Of a stretch of 64,000 nt of DNA, positions 15,749 through 26,363 are shown in pieces. The notes under the pieces are model-generated. The model did no database searches. It was not told the origin of the DNA and saw nothing but the letters and a program-made list of their open reading frames with translations. The translations under genes were made by a program, and so were the position numbers. Within the stretch, counting starts at the first letter, position 1. Every line of letters starts with the position of its first letter. This DNA comes from Ascoidea asiatica JCM 7603 (taxonomy: Eukaryota; Fungi; Ascomycota), in assembly GCA_001600695.1 (NCBI GenBank), contig BCKQ01000001.1, positions 2,549,521 through 2,613,520 of the forward strand, written 5' to 3'.

Positions 15749-16264
15749 ATGTTGACTCCACCTTCTTCATCTTCATCTTCTTCAACACCTAATTTCAATT
15801 CAATCAATGTTTTAAAGAATATTACAAATACTTCCAATTCCAATTCCAATTCCAATTCCAATTCAAATTCAAATTCAAATTGTAATAACAATAATATAAT
15901 TTATTCAAATAATAAATTTAATAATGTAAATAATAATATTAATATTAATATTAAAAATTTATTAAATTCATTAATTTTAAAAGATAAAGAAATTGAAAAT
16001 TTAAATTCAATTATAATTAAAAAAGATAATCAAATTTCAAATTTAAATAATTCAATTAAAAAATTAAATAATCAAAATCAAAATCAAAATCAATATCAAA
16101 AACAAAAACAAAAACAAAAACAAAAACAAAAACAAATTAAATCAATTAATTCAAATTCAATCTCAAATAATTATAATACAAATGATAATATCTTATTAAA
16201 TACAAAATCTTGTCCAAATTCTCCATTAAAATCTTTATCAATAATTAATAACATTAACAACAAC

Positions 16265-16301
<37 letters not shown>

Positions 16302-16585
16302 TTGATCAAATTTTACAAAATATTTATTCAAATTCTGCTGATTTTAATAATTTAAGACCAATGACTGCAAAAAGTTTAAATATCTTCAATAATTCTATCA
16401 ATCTCAATCATTTCAATCAATCTAATCAATCTAATCAATCTAATCAATCTGATAATGAATATGATAATGAATATGAACATGAATATGAACATGACAATGA
16501 ATATGAATATGAATATGAAACTGATAATACTTTTGATAATGATTATCCATTAAATTTTATCAATGAATTTCAAAATTTAAAGTAA
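15749..16585 (+). CDS. Hypothetical low-complexity protein with a short coiled coil
   Basis: 278-codon ATG ORF with genome-typical codon usage. Heptad segment LLNSLILKDKEIENLNSIIIKKDNQISNLNNSIKKLN; TPP and SPLK motifs; acidic tail. No family recognised. Confidence 0.6.
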
Positions 16586-16702
16586 TATAATATAATATAA
16601 TATAATACATAATAAACTTTATTTTCTTATGCACACGACAACTATTACAACAATAATTACAATGTAAGCACAGTACCGTACCACTGGTACCAATACTACT
16701 AA

Positions 16703-16751
16703 CCATTTCCATTTCCATTTCCATTTCCATTTCCATTTCCATTTCCATTTC
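16703..16751. repeat. (CCATTT)n hexamer microsatellite
   Basis: About 8 tandem copies; these generate the spurious MEMEME ORF. Confidence 0.9.
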
Positions 16752-16924
16752 TCTCCGTTTCTTCTATTTATTTACGTATTTATTTATTTATTCATTTTCT
16801 CTTTGATATTTCATTTCTAATCTTAGTTTATCTTTTATCTTTTATCTTTTATCTTTTATCTATTATCTATTATTTATTATCTATAATCTATAATCTATAA
16901 TCTATTATCTATAATATTTGTAAA

Positions 16925-17530
16925 ATGTCTGGTTCTTCAAAACAAACTTATGAATATAATCTTGATTCTTTAGATGATTCTTCATCTTCATCAAATAATA
17001 ATTCAAATAATTCAAATAATTCAAATAATTTAAATGATTCTTTAAATAATTTAAGATCAAGAAGAAATAATAAAAATGGTAATAGTTTTATTAATTTAAT
17101 TAGAATATTTAGAAGAAAATCAAATTTTAAAGTTATTTTAATTTTATTTTTTATTATTTTTATAATTTTAAATATTTTAAATATTAATAATTCAAATACA
17201 AATTTAAATAATCATATTAAAAATTATAGTAATCAAGCTTTAAAAGTTGCTGGTAATTCAATTGATTATGTTACTGATAAAATTCCTGGTTTAGATAAAT
17301 CAAATTCAACTTTATCTTCAATTCAAGATCAAGATCAAGATCAAGATCAAATTCAAATTCAAGATGATTCAAAAACTTCTCTTGATGAAGCTAAAATCGC
17401 TAACTTAAAAGCTGCTGCCAACGATGATTCAGAAGCTGCTGCTGCCGTAAATGAAGCTGAATCTGAAGCAAAAGCTGAAGCAAAAGCTGAAGCTGCAGAG
17501 GAAGCAAATGCAAAAGAAGAAAAGGCCTGA
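16925..17530 (+). CDS. Hypothetical single-pass (type II-like) membrane protein
   Basis: Basic stretch (RIFRRKSNFK), then one hydrophobic segment (VILILFFIIFIILNIL), then an Ala/Glu/Lys-rich helical tail. Good AAAATGTCT start context. Confidence 0.7.
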   Translation: MSGSSKQTYEYNLDSLDDSSSSSNNNSNNSNNSNNLNDSLNNLRSRRNNKNGNSFINLIRIFRRKSNFKVILILFFIIFIILNILNINNSNTNLNNHIKNYSNQALKVAGNSIDYVTDKIPGLDKSNSTLSSIQDQDQDQDQIQIQDDSKTSLDEAKIANLKAAANDDSEAAAAVNEAESEAKAEAKAEAAEEANAKEEKA

Positions 17531-17889
17531 TCCTTCATACGAATCCGTGTACTTATCCGTGTCCGGTCCGTTTACTTATGGATTTGGTTCCTTTAGATGG
17601 AAACATGATCCTTGCTCGGAATTCCTTCATCCGTTGTTTATATTTGGATTTGAATCTGAAGCATCTTCAAAAATACATTTAAACGCTACAACTTGATTTT
17701 ATTTTATTTATATTCAATATGGATTTGATTAATCTTCTTCTTTTTTTTTTTTTTATATTCTCATTTCTTTCTTTCATCCTTCTTATCTTTATAATGTACT
17801 TTTAGTTACAATATTTAATATATATATATATATATTTATAAACATCTTTCCTAGCAATTAATTATCTTCTTTAATTATTTCTCTTTTTA

Positions 17890-20709
17890 ATGGATAATTC
17901 AATTTCAAATTCTTTTCAAAAAGATATTATAAATTTATTACCAATTGAAAAAAGACCATATTTATTTTCAACAACTATAAATTCTCAAATTTTATTTAAA
18001 AATTTTATAAAAATTAAACCATATCCTTTAATTAATTTAAATGATTTAAAATCTCAAGAATCTTTAATAATTAATGATTTATTTTATATACTTCTTGGTT
18101 TAGAAGGTAATTATATAAGATATTCAATAAAATTTGATCCAAATATTTTAACAATTCAATCAAATTTAGATGGTCCTGATTATAAAATTGCTAAAAATTT
18201 AGATCCTTCTTTAAAAGATTTTACAAAAAAATTAATAAAATATGGTAAATTTTTTTATTCTTTAAATTTTTTTACTCAATTTTATAGTTCAAATTTAAAT
18301 GGTAAAATTTTTTCTAAATTTATTCAAATTATTTTAAAATTTTTAAAACAAAATTATTTAAATTTTATTATAAATAAAATTGAATATAATTTTTTAAATA
18401 ATATAAATTTTAATTTAATTCAATTATCTAAATTATTTAATTTATCAAAATTAGATTATAAATTAAATTTATTATATGAAATTATTCATTTAATTCATAA
18501 TGATTCAAAAAAAAGATCTTTATTTAAAAAAAAATTTTCAAATCATTTTATTAATAATAATAATAATAATAACATTGATGAACATGATTATGATAGCGAT
18601 TATGATGATGATGAAATTCCAAATTTTATAAAAAATTTAAAATCAAATTATAAAAAACAAAAATTAAATCCATTTTCAAATCCATTTTCAAATTCAATCT
18701 CAAATTCAATCTCAAATTCAATCTCAATCTCAAATTCAAATGATTCATTTATGGATATAAATTTTGATAATAAAAAATTAAATATTTGTAAAGGTGGTTT
18801 AATCTTAAAAATTATTTCAAAATTAATGGATTCAACTTCTGGTAATAATGATTCTTTTTCTTTTTTATCTTCAATCTTTAATCAATTATCTTCTTCTTAT
18901 TTATTAATGTTAAATAATTGGTTAATAAATGGTGAATTTGATGATCCTTTTAATGAATTTTTAATTAAATTAAATCCTTCTTCAACTTCTTCTTCATCTT
19001 CTTCAAATAATAATCATACTACTACTACTAATAATAATAAACAATTAACTCAATTTAATTTAGAAAGATATTGGAATTCAAAATTTTCTATAAAAAATGA
19101 TGGTATACCTTATCAATTAAATGATTCTTCTTTAAAAATTAAAATCTTATTAACTGGTACTTATTTAAATGTTTTAAAAGATTGTTCAATAAATTTTAAT
19201 AATATTGATTTTTCTCAATCTTCAACTTTATATTCAAATTTAGAATCAAATTTAGAATCAAATTCAGATTTAAATAATTTAAATGAAAATATTGAAATAA
19301 AATTTCTTGAAAAATTAAATTCAAAAGAAAATAATCATATAATTTTAAATTTAAATGATAAAATTTCTTTAGATTTAAATATAAATTATTGGTATAAAAA
19401 ATCAAATGATTTAATATTAGATTTAATGTTTAATGGTTATAATTTTTTACAATTATTAAATGATTTAAAAGATTTTTTTTTATTTTCAAATTCTTATAAA
19501 TTTAATAATTTTTTAAATCAAAATTTATTAATTTTAAGAAAAAATAAAGATTTTATTAATCTTTCTCAATTAAAACAAAGTTTTTATGATTGTTTTCTTA
19601 ATGATTATTCTACAATTTCAAATTCAAATAAATTTGTTAATGATACTTCTCAAAATATTTCTCGAAATAATACAAGTGATGAAAATGAAATTGAAGAAGA
19701 AGAAGATGATGATGATAATGATGATAATTATAATGATTATGAAAATGAAAATCTTGTACTTTCTTTAGTAGATTTGAAAATTGAACCAAAAAATATGTTT
19801 GCAGAATTAGAAGATATATTAAATGTTAAACCAATAGATCCTGAAGGAATATTTCAATCTGATTCTTTACAAGCTTTAAAATCTCTTGTAAGTCAATCTT
19901 TGGATAATAATCCTACTAATTCTTCAAATTCTAAAGATTCTGAAAATTCTTCATCTTCTTCATTTGATAATTATGCAATTAATCATATTGGATTTGATTT
20001 TACACTTCCATTTCCTCTTAATTTATTAATAAATCAAATTGATATAACTAAATATCAATTGGTTTTTAGATTTTTACTTGTTAGTAAATATTTAATAAAT
20101 TTATTTGAAAATAATTTTCTTCAAGTTAAAAATATTTTAAAAAAAACAAAACTTTCAAAAAGTGCATATAAGAAACTTAAAAGAATTCAATTATTAAATT
20201 ATAAACTTTTAACTTTTTTAAAAAATTTATTTTTTAATTATTGTTTTATTATACGGTTTAACTTTGAAGCTAAAATTGGAAAATTAAGAAGTTTTTATAT
20301 TAATAATTTAAGTAATTTTAATGAAAATTTAAAATCAAATGAAGATATAAATAATCAATTTAATTCTAATTCTAATTCTTTAACATTCAAAGATGTCAAA
20401 AAATTAACTCAAGATTTTATAGATAATATTCTTCTATATATATTATTAACAAATCCTGTTTATCTTAAACTTATAAAGAAATTTTTCAAACATGCTGTTA
20501 ATTTTATTAGATTTCATAGGAAAGTAACTTCTATATTGAAAACAACTTCTGTTTCAAATGAAAAAGGAAATCGAAGTTTAAATGAACCGACAATAGATGG
20601 ACTTAAAAATAAAAATTATTTAAAACATTTCAATGAATATTTCTCCAATTTTATCAAAGAAAATGATTATTTTGAAAAACAAATACTCAGTTATTGGATG
20701 GATAATTAA
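17890..20709 (+). CDS. SPC97: Gamma-tubulin small complex subunit Spc97 (GCP2)
   Basis: GRIP motifs QESLIINDLFYILLGLEGNYIRY, LDPSLKD, MLNNWLINGEFDDPFNEF, KILLTGTYLNVLKDC, LPFPLNLLI…KYQLVFRFLL. Confidence 0.88.
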   Translation: MDNSISNSFQKDIINLLPIEKRPYLFSTTINSQILFKNFIKIKPYPLINLNDLKSQESLIINDLFYILLGLEGNYIRYSIKFDPNILTIQSNLDGPDYKIAKNLDPSLKDFTKKLIKYGKFFYSLNFFTQFYSSNLNGKIFSKFIQIILKFLKQNYLNFIINKIEYNFLNNINFNLIQLSKLFNLSKLDYKLNLLYEIIHLIHNDSKKRSLFKKKFSNHFINNNNNNNIDEHDYDSDYDDDEIPNFIKNLKSNYKKQKLNPFSNPFSNSISNSISNSISISNSNDSFMDINFDNKKLNICKGGLILKIISKLMDSTSGNNDSFSFLSSIFNQLSSSYLLMLNNWLINGEFDDPFNEFLIKLNPSSTSSSSSSNNNHTTTTNNNKQLTQFNLERYWNSKFSIKNDGIPYQLNDSSLKIKILLTGTYLNVLKDCSINFNNIDFSQSSTLYSNLESNLESNSDLNNLNENIEIKFLEKLNSKENNHIILNLNDKISLDLNINYWYKKSNDLILDLMFNGYNFLQLLNDLKDFFLFSNSYKFNNFLNQNLLILRKNKDFINLSQLKQSFYDCFLNDYSTISNSNKFVNDTSQNISRNNTSDENEIEEEEDDDDNDDNYNDYENENLVLSLVDLKIEPKNMFAELEDILNVKPIDPEGIFQSDSLQALKSLVSQSLDNNPTNSSNSKDSENSSSSSFDNYAINHIGFDFTLPFPLNLLINQIDITKYQLVFRFLLVSKYLINLFENNFLQVKNILKKTKLSKSAYKKLKRIQLLNYKLLTFLKNLFFNYCFIIRFNFEAKIGKLRSFYINNLSNFNENLKSNEDINNQFNSNSNSLTFKDVKKLTQDFIDNILLYILLTNPVYLKLIKKFFKHAVNFIRFHRKVTSILKTTSVSNEKGNRSLNEPTIDGLKNKNYLKHFNEYFSNFIKENDYFEKQILSYWMDN

Positions 20710-21473
20710 TGATCTTTTGAAAAATATAAATATAGTAAACAAAATTCAAATAAAGTTTGGATATAATATAATCACTATCACATTGTTTATAATGATTTGG
20801 CATCCAAAAGGAGTCCTTGTTTCATAGAAACTGACTAATGTGGTCATGAATTGATGTTCTTCGAAATAGAAATGGGCAAATACAATATATTGTAGGAATG
20901 TCTGAATGATTCCTTGTAATTTGGAATTTAAATGAATCGATGTTTTTTTTTGGAATTAACCTTTTTTATTGTAGTTTTCATCCTCGGGTATTCGCTAATC
21001 GGCTATTGAACATCATGAAGTTAAAAAGGTGGCTTCTTTCGTGCTCTTTTATTGATTCCACTAATCCTCTTAGATTACTTGTTTCAAAATAACCTTCAGA
21101 TAATATTCAGTGTCTTGATCAGTTCTCAATGAATAATATTCGAATACTTTTTTTATCAATATTTATGTAAATAGTCAATCAAATACAAAATAAATAATTC
21201 AATCTTTTATCGCTAGTCGAAATTACGCGGAACGACAAAACCCCCGTGGCGCTGGGTTTTTGGTGTGTTTGGGTTTTTTGTTTGCTTCGTGTGTGTTTTT
21301 CTGGCGTTTTTCTGGCGTTTTTCAGGAAAAGTGTAAACAGAAATAAAAGTTATTTACTAGAACAAAAATTTGGACTTCGATTTAACCACTTTCTCATTCA
21401 CTTTCCAATATTTAATTGTAAAATATATCCTCAAATTTCAATAAACAAACATAGAATCATTATCCTGAAGATT

Positions 21474-22913
21474 ATGGCTGTTACAACCCCAAAAAGAGCT
21501 GTATCTGAATCGCAGGATTTTGATAATAACCCTCACAAAAAGTTCAAATCCGAAATGATGAATAATCAGGATAATGTAATTAATAAAGAAAATGAGATAC
21601 CTGTAACTTTAAGAAATGAAAATAATATACCAAATTCAGAGGAGGCTAGTAAAATAAAAACTGAATTACCTGGAGATTATTCAATAATTCCTGAATCCAT
21701 ATTTCCAAAACAAATAAGTAGTAATTCACCGATTAAAAATGAAGATAATGATATTAGTATGAATGTTGAAATCGGCCAAAATATTGCAAATGAAATTGAA
21801 GATGAAGAAGATGAAAATAAACTAATAACCAAAATAACGATCAATGATGAGGTTTTTACATATAAGGAAAAACCTTCTGTTTTAGAAGAAAGAAATAAAA
21901 AAATTGAATTTCGAGTTGTTAATAATGATGATTCAAAAGAAAGTTTGATGGTTTTAACAGGATTGAAAAATATTTTTCAAAAACAATTACCAAAAATGCC
22001 AAAAGAGTATATTGGTAGATTAGTCTATGATAAAAATCATATTTCAATGGCTGTTATACGAAAACCATTAACTGTAGTTGGAGGAATAACTTATAGACAA
22101 TTTGAATCAAGAGAATTTGCAGAAATTGTATTTTGTGCAATTTCTTCAACAGAACAAGTTAGAGGTTATGGTGCTCATTTAATGAATCATTTAAAAGATT
22201 ATGTTAAACAAACTTCGAAAGTTAAATATTTTTTAACATATGCTGATAATTATGCTGTTGGTTATTTTCAAAAACAAGGTTTCACTAAAGAAATTTCTTT
22301 AAATAAAAAAGTTTGGATGGGTTATATAAAAGATTATGAAGGTGGTACTTTAATGCAATGTAAAATGTTACCAAAAATTAGATATTTAGATGCTTCAAAA
22401 GTTTTATTATTACAAAAAATTGCAATACTTAAAAAAATAAAATCTTTAAAATTAAATACAAATAAAGTTCAACCTGGAATTCAAGAATTTAAATTAAATC
22501 CAAATTTTAAAATTGATCCATTACTGATTCCTGGTGTTAAGGAAAGTGGTTGGACTATTGAAATGGAAGAATTATCAAAAAGATCAAAAAGAGGTCCTCA
22601 ATATAAAGATATGCAAGATATTTTATCTGAAATGCAAAACCATCCATCATCTTGGCCATTTGCATTACCTGTTTCAAAAATTGAAGTTCCTGATTATTAT
22701 GGTTTTATTAAAGAGCCAATGGATTTAGCTACTATGGAACATAAATTACAAAATGATAGATATGAATCTCTAGATACTTTTATTTATGATGCAAGATTAA
22801 TTTTTAATAATTGTAGAAGTTTTAATCATGAAAGTACAAATTATTATAAAAATGCAAATAAACTTGAGAAATTTTTTGATTCAAAACTCAAAGAAAAAGG
22901 TTATCCGGTATAG
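21474..22913 (+). CDS. GCN5: Histone acetyltransferase Gcn5 (GNAT + bromodomain); likely start is ATG 21474, not the GTG at 21246
   Basis: [52 protein letters not shown]; bromodomain WPF…PDYY…PMDL. Confidence 0.97.
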   Translation: MAVTTPKRAVSESQDFDNNPHKKFKSEMMNNQDNVINKENEIPVTLRNENNIPNSEEASKIKTELPGDYSIIPESIFPKQISSNSPIKNEDNDISMNVEIGQNIANEIEDEEDENKLITKITINDEVFTYKEKPSVLEERNKKIEFRVVNNDDSKESLMVLTGLKNIFQKQLPKMPKEYIGRLVYDKNHISMAVIRKPLTVVGGITYRQFESREFAEIVFCAISSTEQVRGYGAHLMNHLKDYVKQTSKVKYFLTYADNYAVGYFQKQGFTKEISLNKKVWMGYIKDYEGGTLMQCKMLPKIRYLDASKVLLLQKIAILKKIKSLKLNTNKVQPGIQEFKLNPNFKIDPLLIPGVKESGWTIEMEELSKRSKRGPQYKDMQDILSEMQNHPSSWPFALPVSKIEVPDYYGFIKEPMDLATMEHKLQNDRYESLDTFIYDARLIFNNCRSFNHESTNYYKNANKLEKFFDSKLKEKGYPV

Positions 22914-23494
22914 CAATAATTTTGATTTTTTTTTACAAATCGAATTAATCAAAGGTTAAGAAAATAGTAAATGAACATTTATAATTAGTAATGACAAGAA
23001 AAGAAAAGAAAACAAAAGAAAATAAAATAATTCTAATAGTAAAATAAAAACATTGCTATGAAAGAAATTGAAATTTTCTAAAATCATTTTTAAGCCATAA
23101 AGGTTTATCAATGAAAGAATCACAATACAAAAGTGTATTTAATAATTTCAATATTTATAATGTTTTGAAAAAAAAAAATGGAAATCTAAAAATAAAAAAG
23201 AACATTAGCATAAAAAAGACATGAGGAACAGAATAAAGCATACCGTCATTAAAAAACTTAAGATAATAATAAAACATCAAGAAAGCATATAAAGTTTGTA
23301 AGAGAAATAGTTGATCATCAACTAATAAAGTAATAAGTAAAGTAATAATGTAGGTAATAAGAAAAGTTATCAGAGAAATAACCAGGAAAATAATCAGGAA
23401 ATAAATAACTAGGGAAATGGTAAGGGTAAGGGAAATAATTAAATAAAAAGTTTTATTGAGAAAAAATGAAATTAATAAGAAGTCTTAAAAAATT

Positions 23495-25261
23495 TCAATT
23501 ATTATTGGGTAAATAGAATAAAACTTTTTCTCTCCATCTAAATGCATTCCATAATGAACCATAACTCCAAGTTAAATCTGATGCACCTTGCATATACCCA
23601 GTATATCTATCAAATTGTTCACTAATGGAACCATTATCATCAACATGTTTTTGAATAATTGTTAAAAATGAATCAGCATAAGATAATAAATTTGTAATAG
23701 TTGAATTAAAAGCTTCAGATTTAAATGGTAAAATAATTTTTTCAGAATTTTTAAGTTTTTTATCAATATTAATAATATTTTCTTGATAAAATTTATAATT
23801 TATTGGAGTAATTATTAAATCATTTTGATAATTATAGAAAGAATAAATGATTTTATAAAATAATTCAGCACCATATGAAGTACATAAGAACCAAGGATTA
23901 CCTTCATCAAAACCAGTTCCATTATAAATATCTTCAGGATATCTACCAATACCTGCACCTAAATTAATTCCAACATAACCATGATTTATTGCATAACGAT
24001 ATTTCATATCAGTTACTAAAGAATATAAAGTTGCTAAAATTTGAGGATCATTAATATCAAATGGAATTAAATTATTAACATCAAGATCAAAATCATGAGT
24101 TAAAATTGAAGCAATAATTATTGCAGAATCTAAACCATTTCTTTTATTTTGTTGTAATAAAGATGGAGTTTCAATTAAATGATCAATTTTTTGTTGTTTA
24201 AAACCAGAATTATAAATTATAAAATTTTTTAAAGAATTAGCATTATTCATTAAATATGAATAAAATTCAAAATCATTTTTTTTTAAAGCTAATTTTGCAC
24301 CAGAATAAAGAGATCTTAATTGAACTAAAGAAGTAAAAAAATGAAAACTATTAATTTCTTCCCATAAATCAAAACTTGATTGATTCCAATTTAAAGCAAC
24401 ATATTTTAAATCAGGTTTAATAATTAAATTATAAATATCATTAGTATTATTAAAAATTTTATTATTTGAAAGAATTTGACCATTATTAAAATCATCTAAA
24501 ATATTTAAATATTTCATTGTTGTTATAGATCTTAAAGCAGGACCATCATTTTGAGGTCTACCCCAATTTTGATTAAAAGGAGTATTATTAACATTAAATT
24601 TTGGTTCACCAAGACCAGATAAAGAATTATTATTAAAATTTCCAGATAAATTTTGTAATCTTTGTAAATAATAATTATTTTGAATATAAGATTCAATTGT
24701 ATTAATTATTGAAATATTTTTAAAATTATCATCAATAATATAATCATTTAAAGTTGAAATTGTTATAGCAGCATCTCTTGTCCATTGATAAAAATAATCT
24801 GGATTTAATTTTGAAGGACTTGCAATTACAGCACCAATTGAAACATTATTTGTAATTGGAGAAGAAATATTTGTAATTGAACCACCAATATTATTTAAAA
24901 TTTTTGTAAAAGAAATAATTTTTTGTTGATTAATCCATTGTTCAAGATTTTCTCTTGATATTGATCTTGGAACAAATTTTAAATTTGATATTGGAATTTC
25001 ATTAATAATTAAATCATTTGAAGAAGATTGTTTTGGAGAATAAAAATAAGAATTTGAATATTTTGAATTAAAAAATTGTAAATAAGATTTTAATAAAGAT
25101 TGTTGATTTGAATTAAACTTATTTGAATTGAATTTATTTGAATTTTTATAAATTTCTTTTTGTAATAATAAATCATAAGAAATTGAAGGTGGAATAATAT
25201 TTGATAATACTAAATTAATTAAAAAAGAAAACTTTAGAAGTTTATTTATTGAAATCAACAT
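23495..25261 (-). CDS. SGA1: Glucoamylase, glycoside hydrolase family 15 (Sga1-like), with predicted signal peptide and no starch-binding domain
   Basis: ASPSKLNPDYFYQWTRDAA, LGEPKF, WGRPQNDGPALR, FDLWEE (catalytic acid), GRYPEDIY, GNPWFL, SEQFDR (catalytic base), LTWSY. Confidence 0.93.
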   Translation of the reverse strand: MLISINKLLKFSFLINLVLSNIIPPSISYDLLLQKEIYKNSNKFNSNKFNSNQQSLLKSYLQFFNSKYSNSYFYSPKQSSSNDLIINEIPISNLKFVPRSISRENLEQWINQQKIISFTKILNNIGGSITNISSPITNNVSIGAVIASPSKLNPDYFYQWTRDAAITISTLNDYIIDDNFKNISIINTIESYIQNNYYLQRLQNLSGNFNNNSLSGLGEPKFNVNNTPFNQNWGRPQNDGPALRSITTMKYLNILDDFNNGQILSNNKIFNNTNDIYNLIIKPDLKYVALNWNQSSFDLWEEINSFHFFTSLVQLRSLYSGAKLALKKNDFEFYSYLMNNANSLKNFIIYNSGFKQQKIDHLIETPSLLQQNKRNGLDSAIIIASILTHDFDLDVNNLIPFDINDPQILATLYSLVTDMKYRYAINHGYVGINLGAGIGRYPEDIYNGTGFDEGNPWFLCTSYGAELFYKIIYSFYNYQNDLIITPINYKFYQENIINIDKKLKNSEKIILPFKSEAFNSTITNLLSYADSFLTIIQKHVDDNGSISEQFDRYTGYMQGASDLTWSYGSLWNAFRWREKVLFYLPNNN

Positions 25262-25475
25262 TTTTAATTAAATTTTATAGATATATATGTATATATATAT
25301 ATTTTTTTTTTATATGAATGAAGATTTAAGATTTATGATTTATGATTTATGATTTATAACTTATAGGTTATAAGATTATATTAAATGAAAGCAAAATAAA
25401 AGTTTTATGAAGAATATATTTGAGGAAATAATGGATATATTTTATTTTATAAAAGTAATGAGATAAGTAAAAAAG

Positions 25476-25516
<41 letters not shown>

Positions 25517-26099
25517 ATATGTGTGTGTAAAATATAGATAAGTAAAAAGCGATATTGGAAAAGAATAGAAAAGCTAAAAAAAAAAAAAGGAAGGGAATTC
25601 TAGTAAATTTTATATAAAGTTAAGATTTTAGAGAAAGAATAATCATAAAAAAAGTAAAAAAGATGATTAAAAATTTTTATAAAAGAAATATATGGATTAT
25701 AAAAGAAATATTTTCATATAAAAAAAAATGATTAGAAGAAGTAAAAATACGAATAAATGAGGTCAAAAGAAGTTTTTCAAAATTCTACAACAAAAGGAGT
25801 TAAATTTCTTTGATTTATTACTCAGAAAATCAGTAAATAAAATATCTGTGATGAATTTTTATTGGTTTTGATTTGGTTTTAAAAGAAAGAAATTGAATGA
25901 AAAGACTGTAAAAATCAGTGAAATGAGTGGGTTTTCATAGTCATTTGACAAAAATTAGAATGATTTTTTGATATTTTTTTATGTTTTTTTATATTTTTTT
26001 ATTTTTGTGTGATGGTTTTTTTTGATTCGAAGCAATAAAAAAGTGATAAAATGAAAAATTTGGATGATTCAAACTTGGATTTCCTGGGCTAGAAAGCTA

Positions 26100-26290
26100 A
26101 GATCCGGCGAGAGAGACTGAAACTGAGAGAGGGTTTATGACCGGATGGCAGCATAACGGACTAGAGTCATGGAGTCGGCAGAGGTGCAGGGCGTCCGGAT
26201 TGCAGGGGTCGCAGCGGATCTGTGTTTGTGCCTAGGCTCCCGGTAGCAGGGGTGCCTGCTGGAGTACCACTAGTCCAGGGCTGGAGTTTG
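26100..26290. promoter_or_regulatory. GC-rich island upstream of the glucoamylase, with two STRE-like AGGGG elements (26204-26208, 26248-26252)
   Basis: Motifs seen directly. Function is inferred from the S. cerevisiae Msn2/4 consensus. Confidence 0.4.
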
Positions 26291-26363
26291 CTCTTTTGCT
26301 CTTTTGCTCTTTTGCTCTTTTGCTCTTTTGCTCTTTTGCTCTTTTACCCTTTTGCTCTTTTGT
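26287..26363. repeat. (TTTTGCTC)n octamer tandem repeat
   Basis: About 9 copies, one degenerate, at the edge of the GC island. Confidence 0.9.

Noticed and set aside
20710-21240. Moderately complex spacer between SPC97 and GCN5 with a roughly 50-codon minus-strand ORF
   Set aside because: No recognisable homology, LTR termini or RNA motifs.
21246-21473. N-terminal extensions from GTG/TTG starts (GCN5; also MFS copy 1, ZRT2, FYV10, RKM2, spartin-like)
   Set aside because: Eukaryotic genes; homology or the paralog begins at the downstream ATG, and the extensions look like UTR or promoter sequence.
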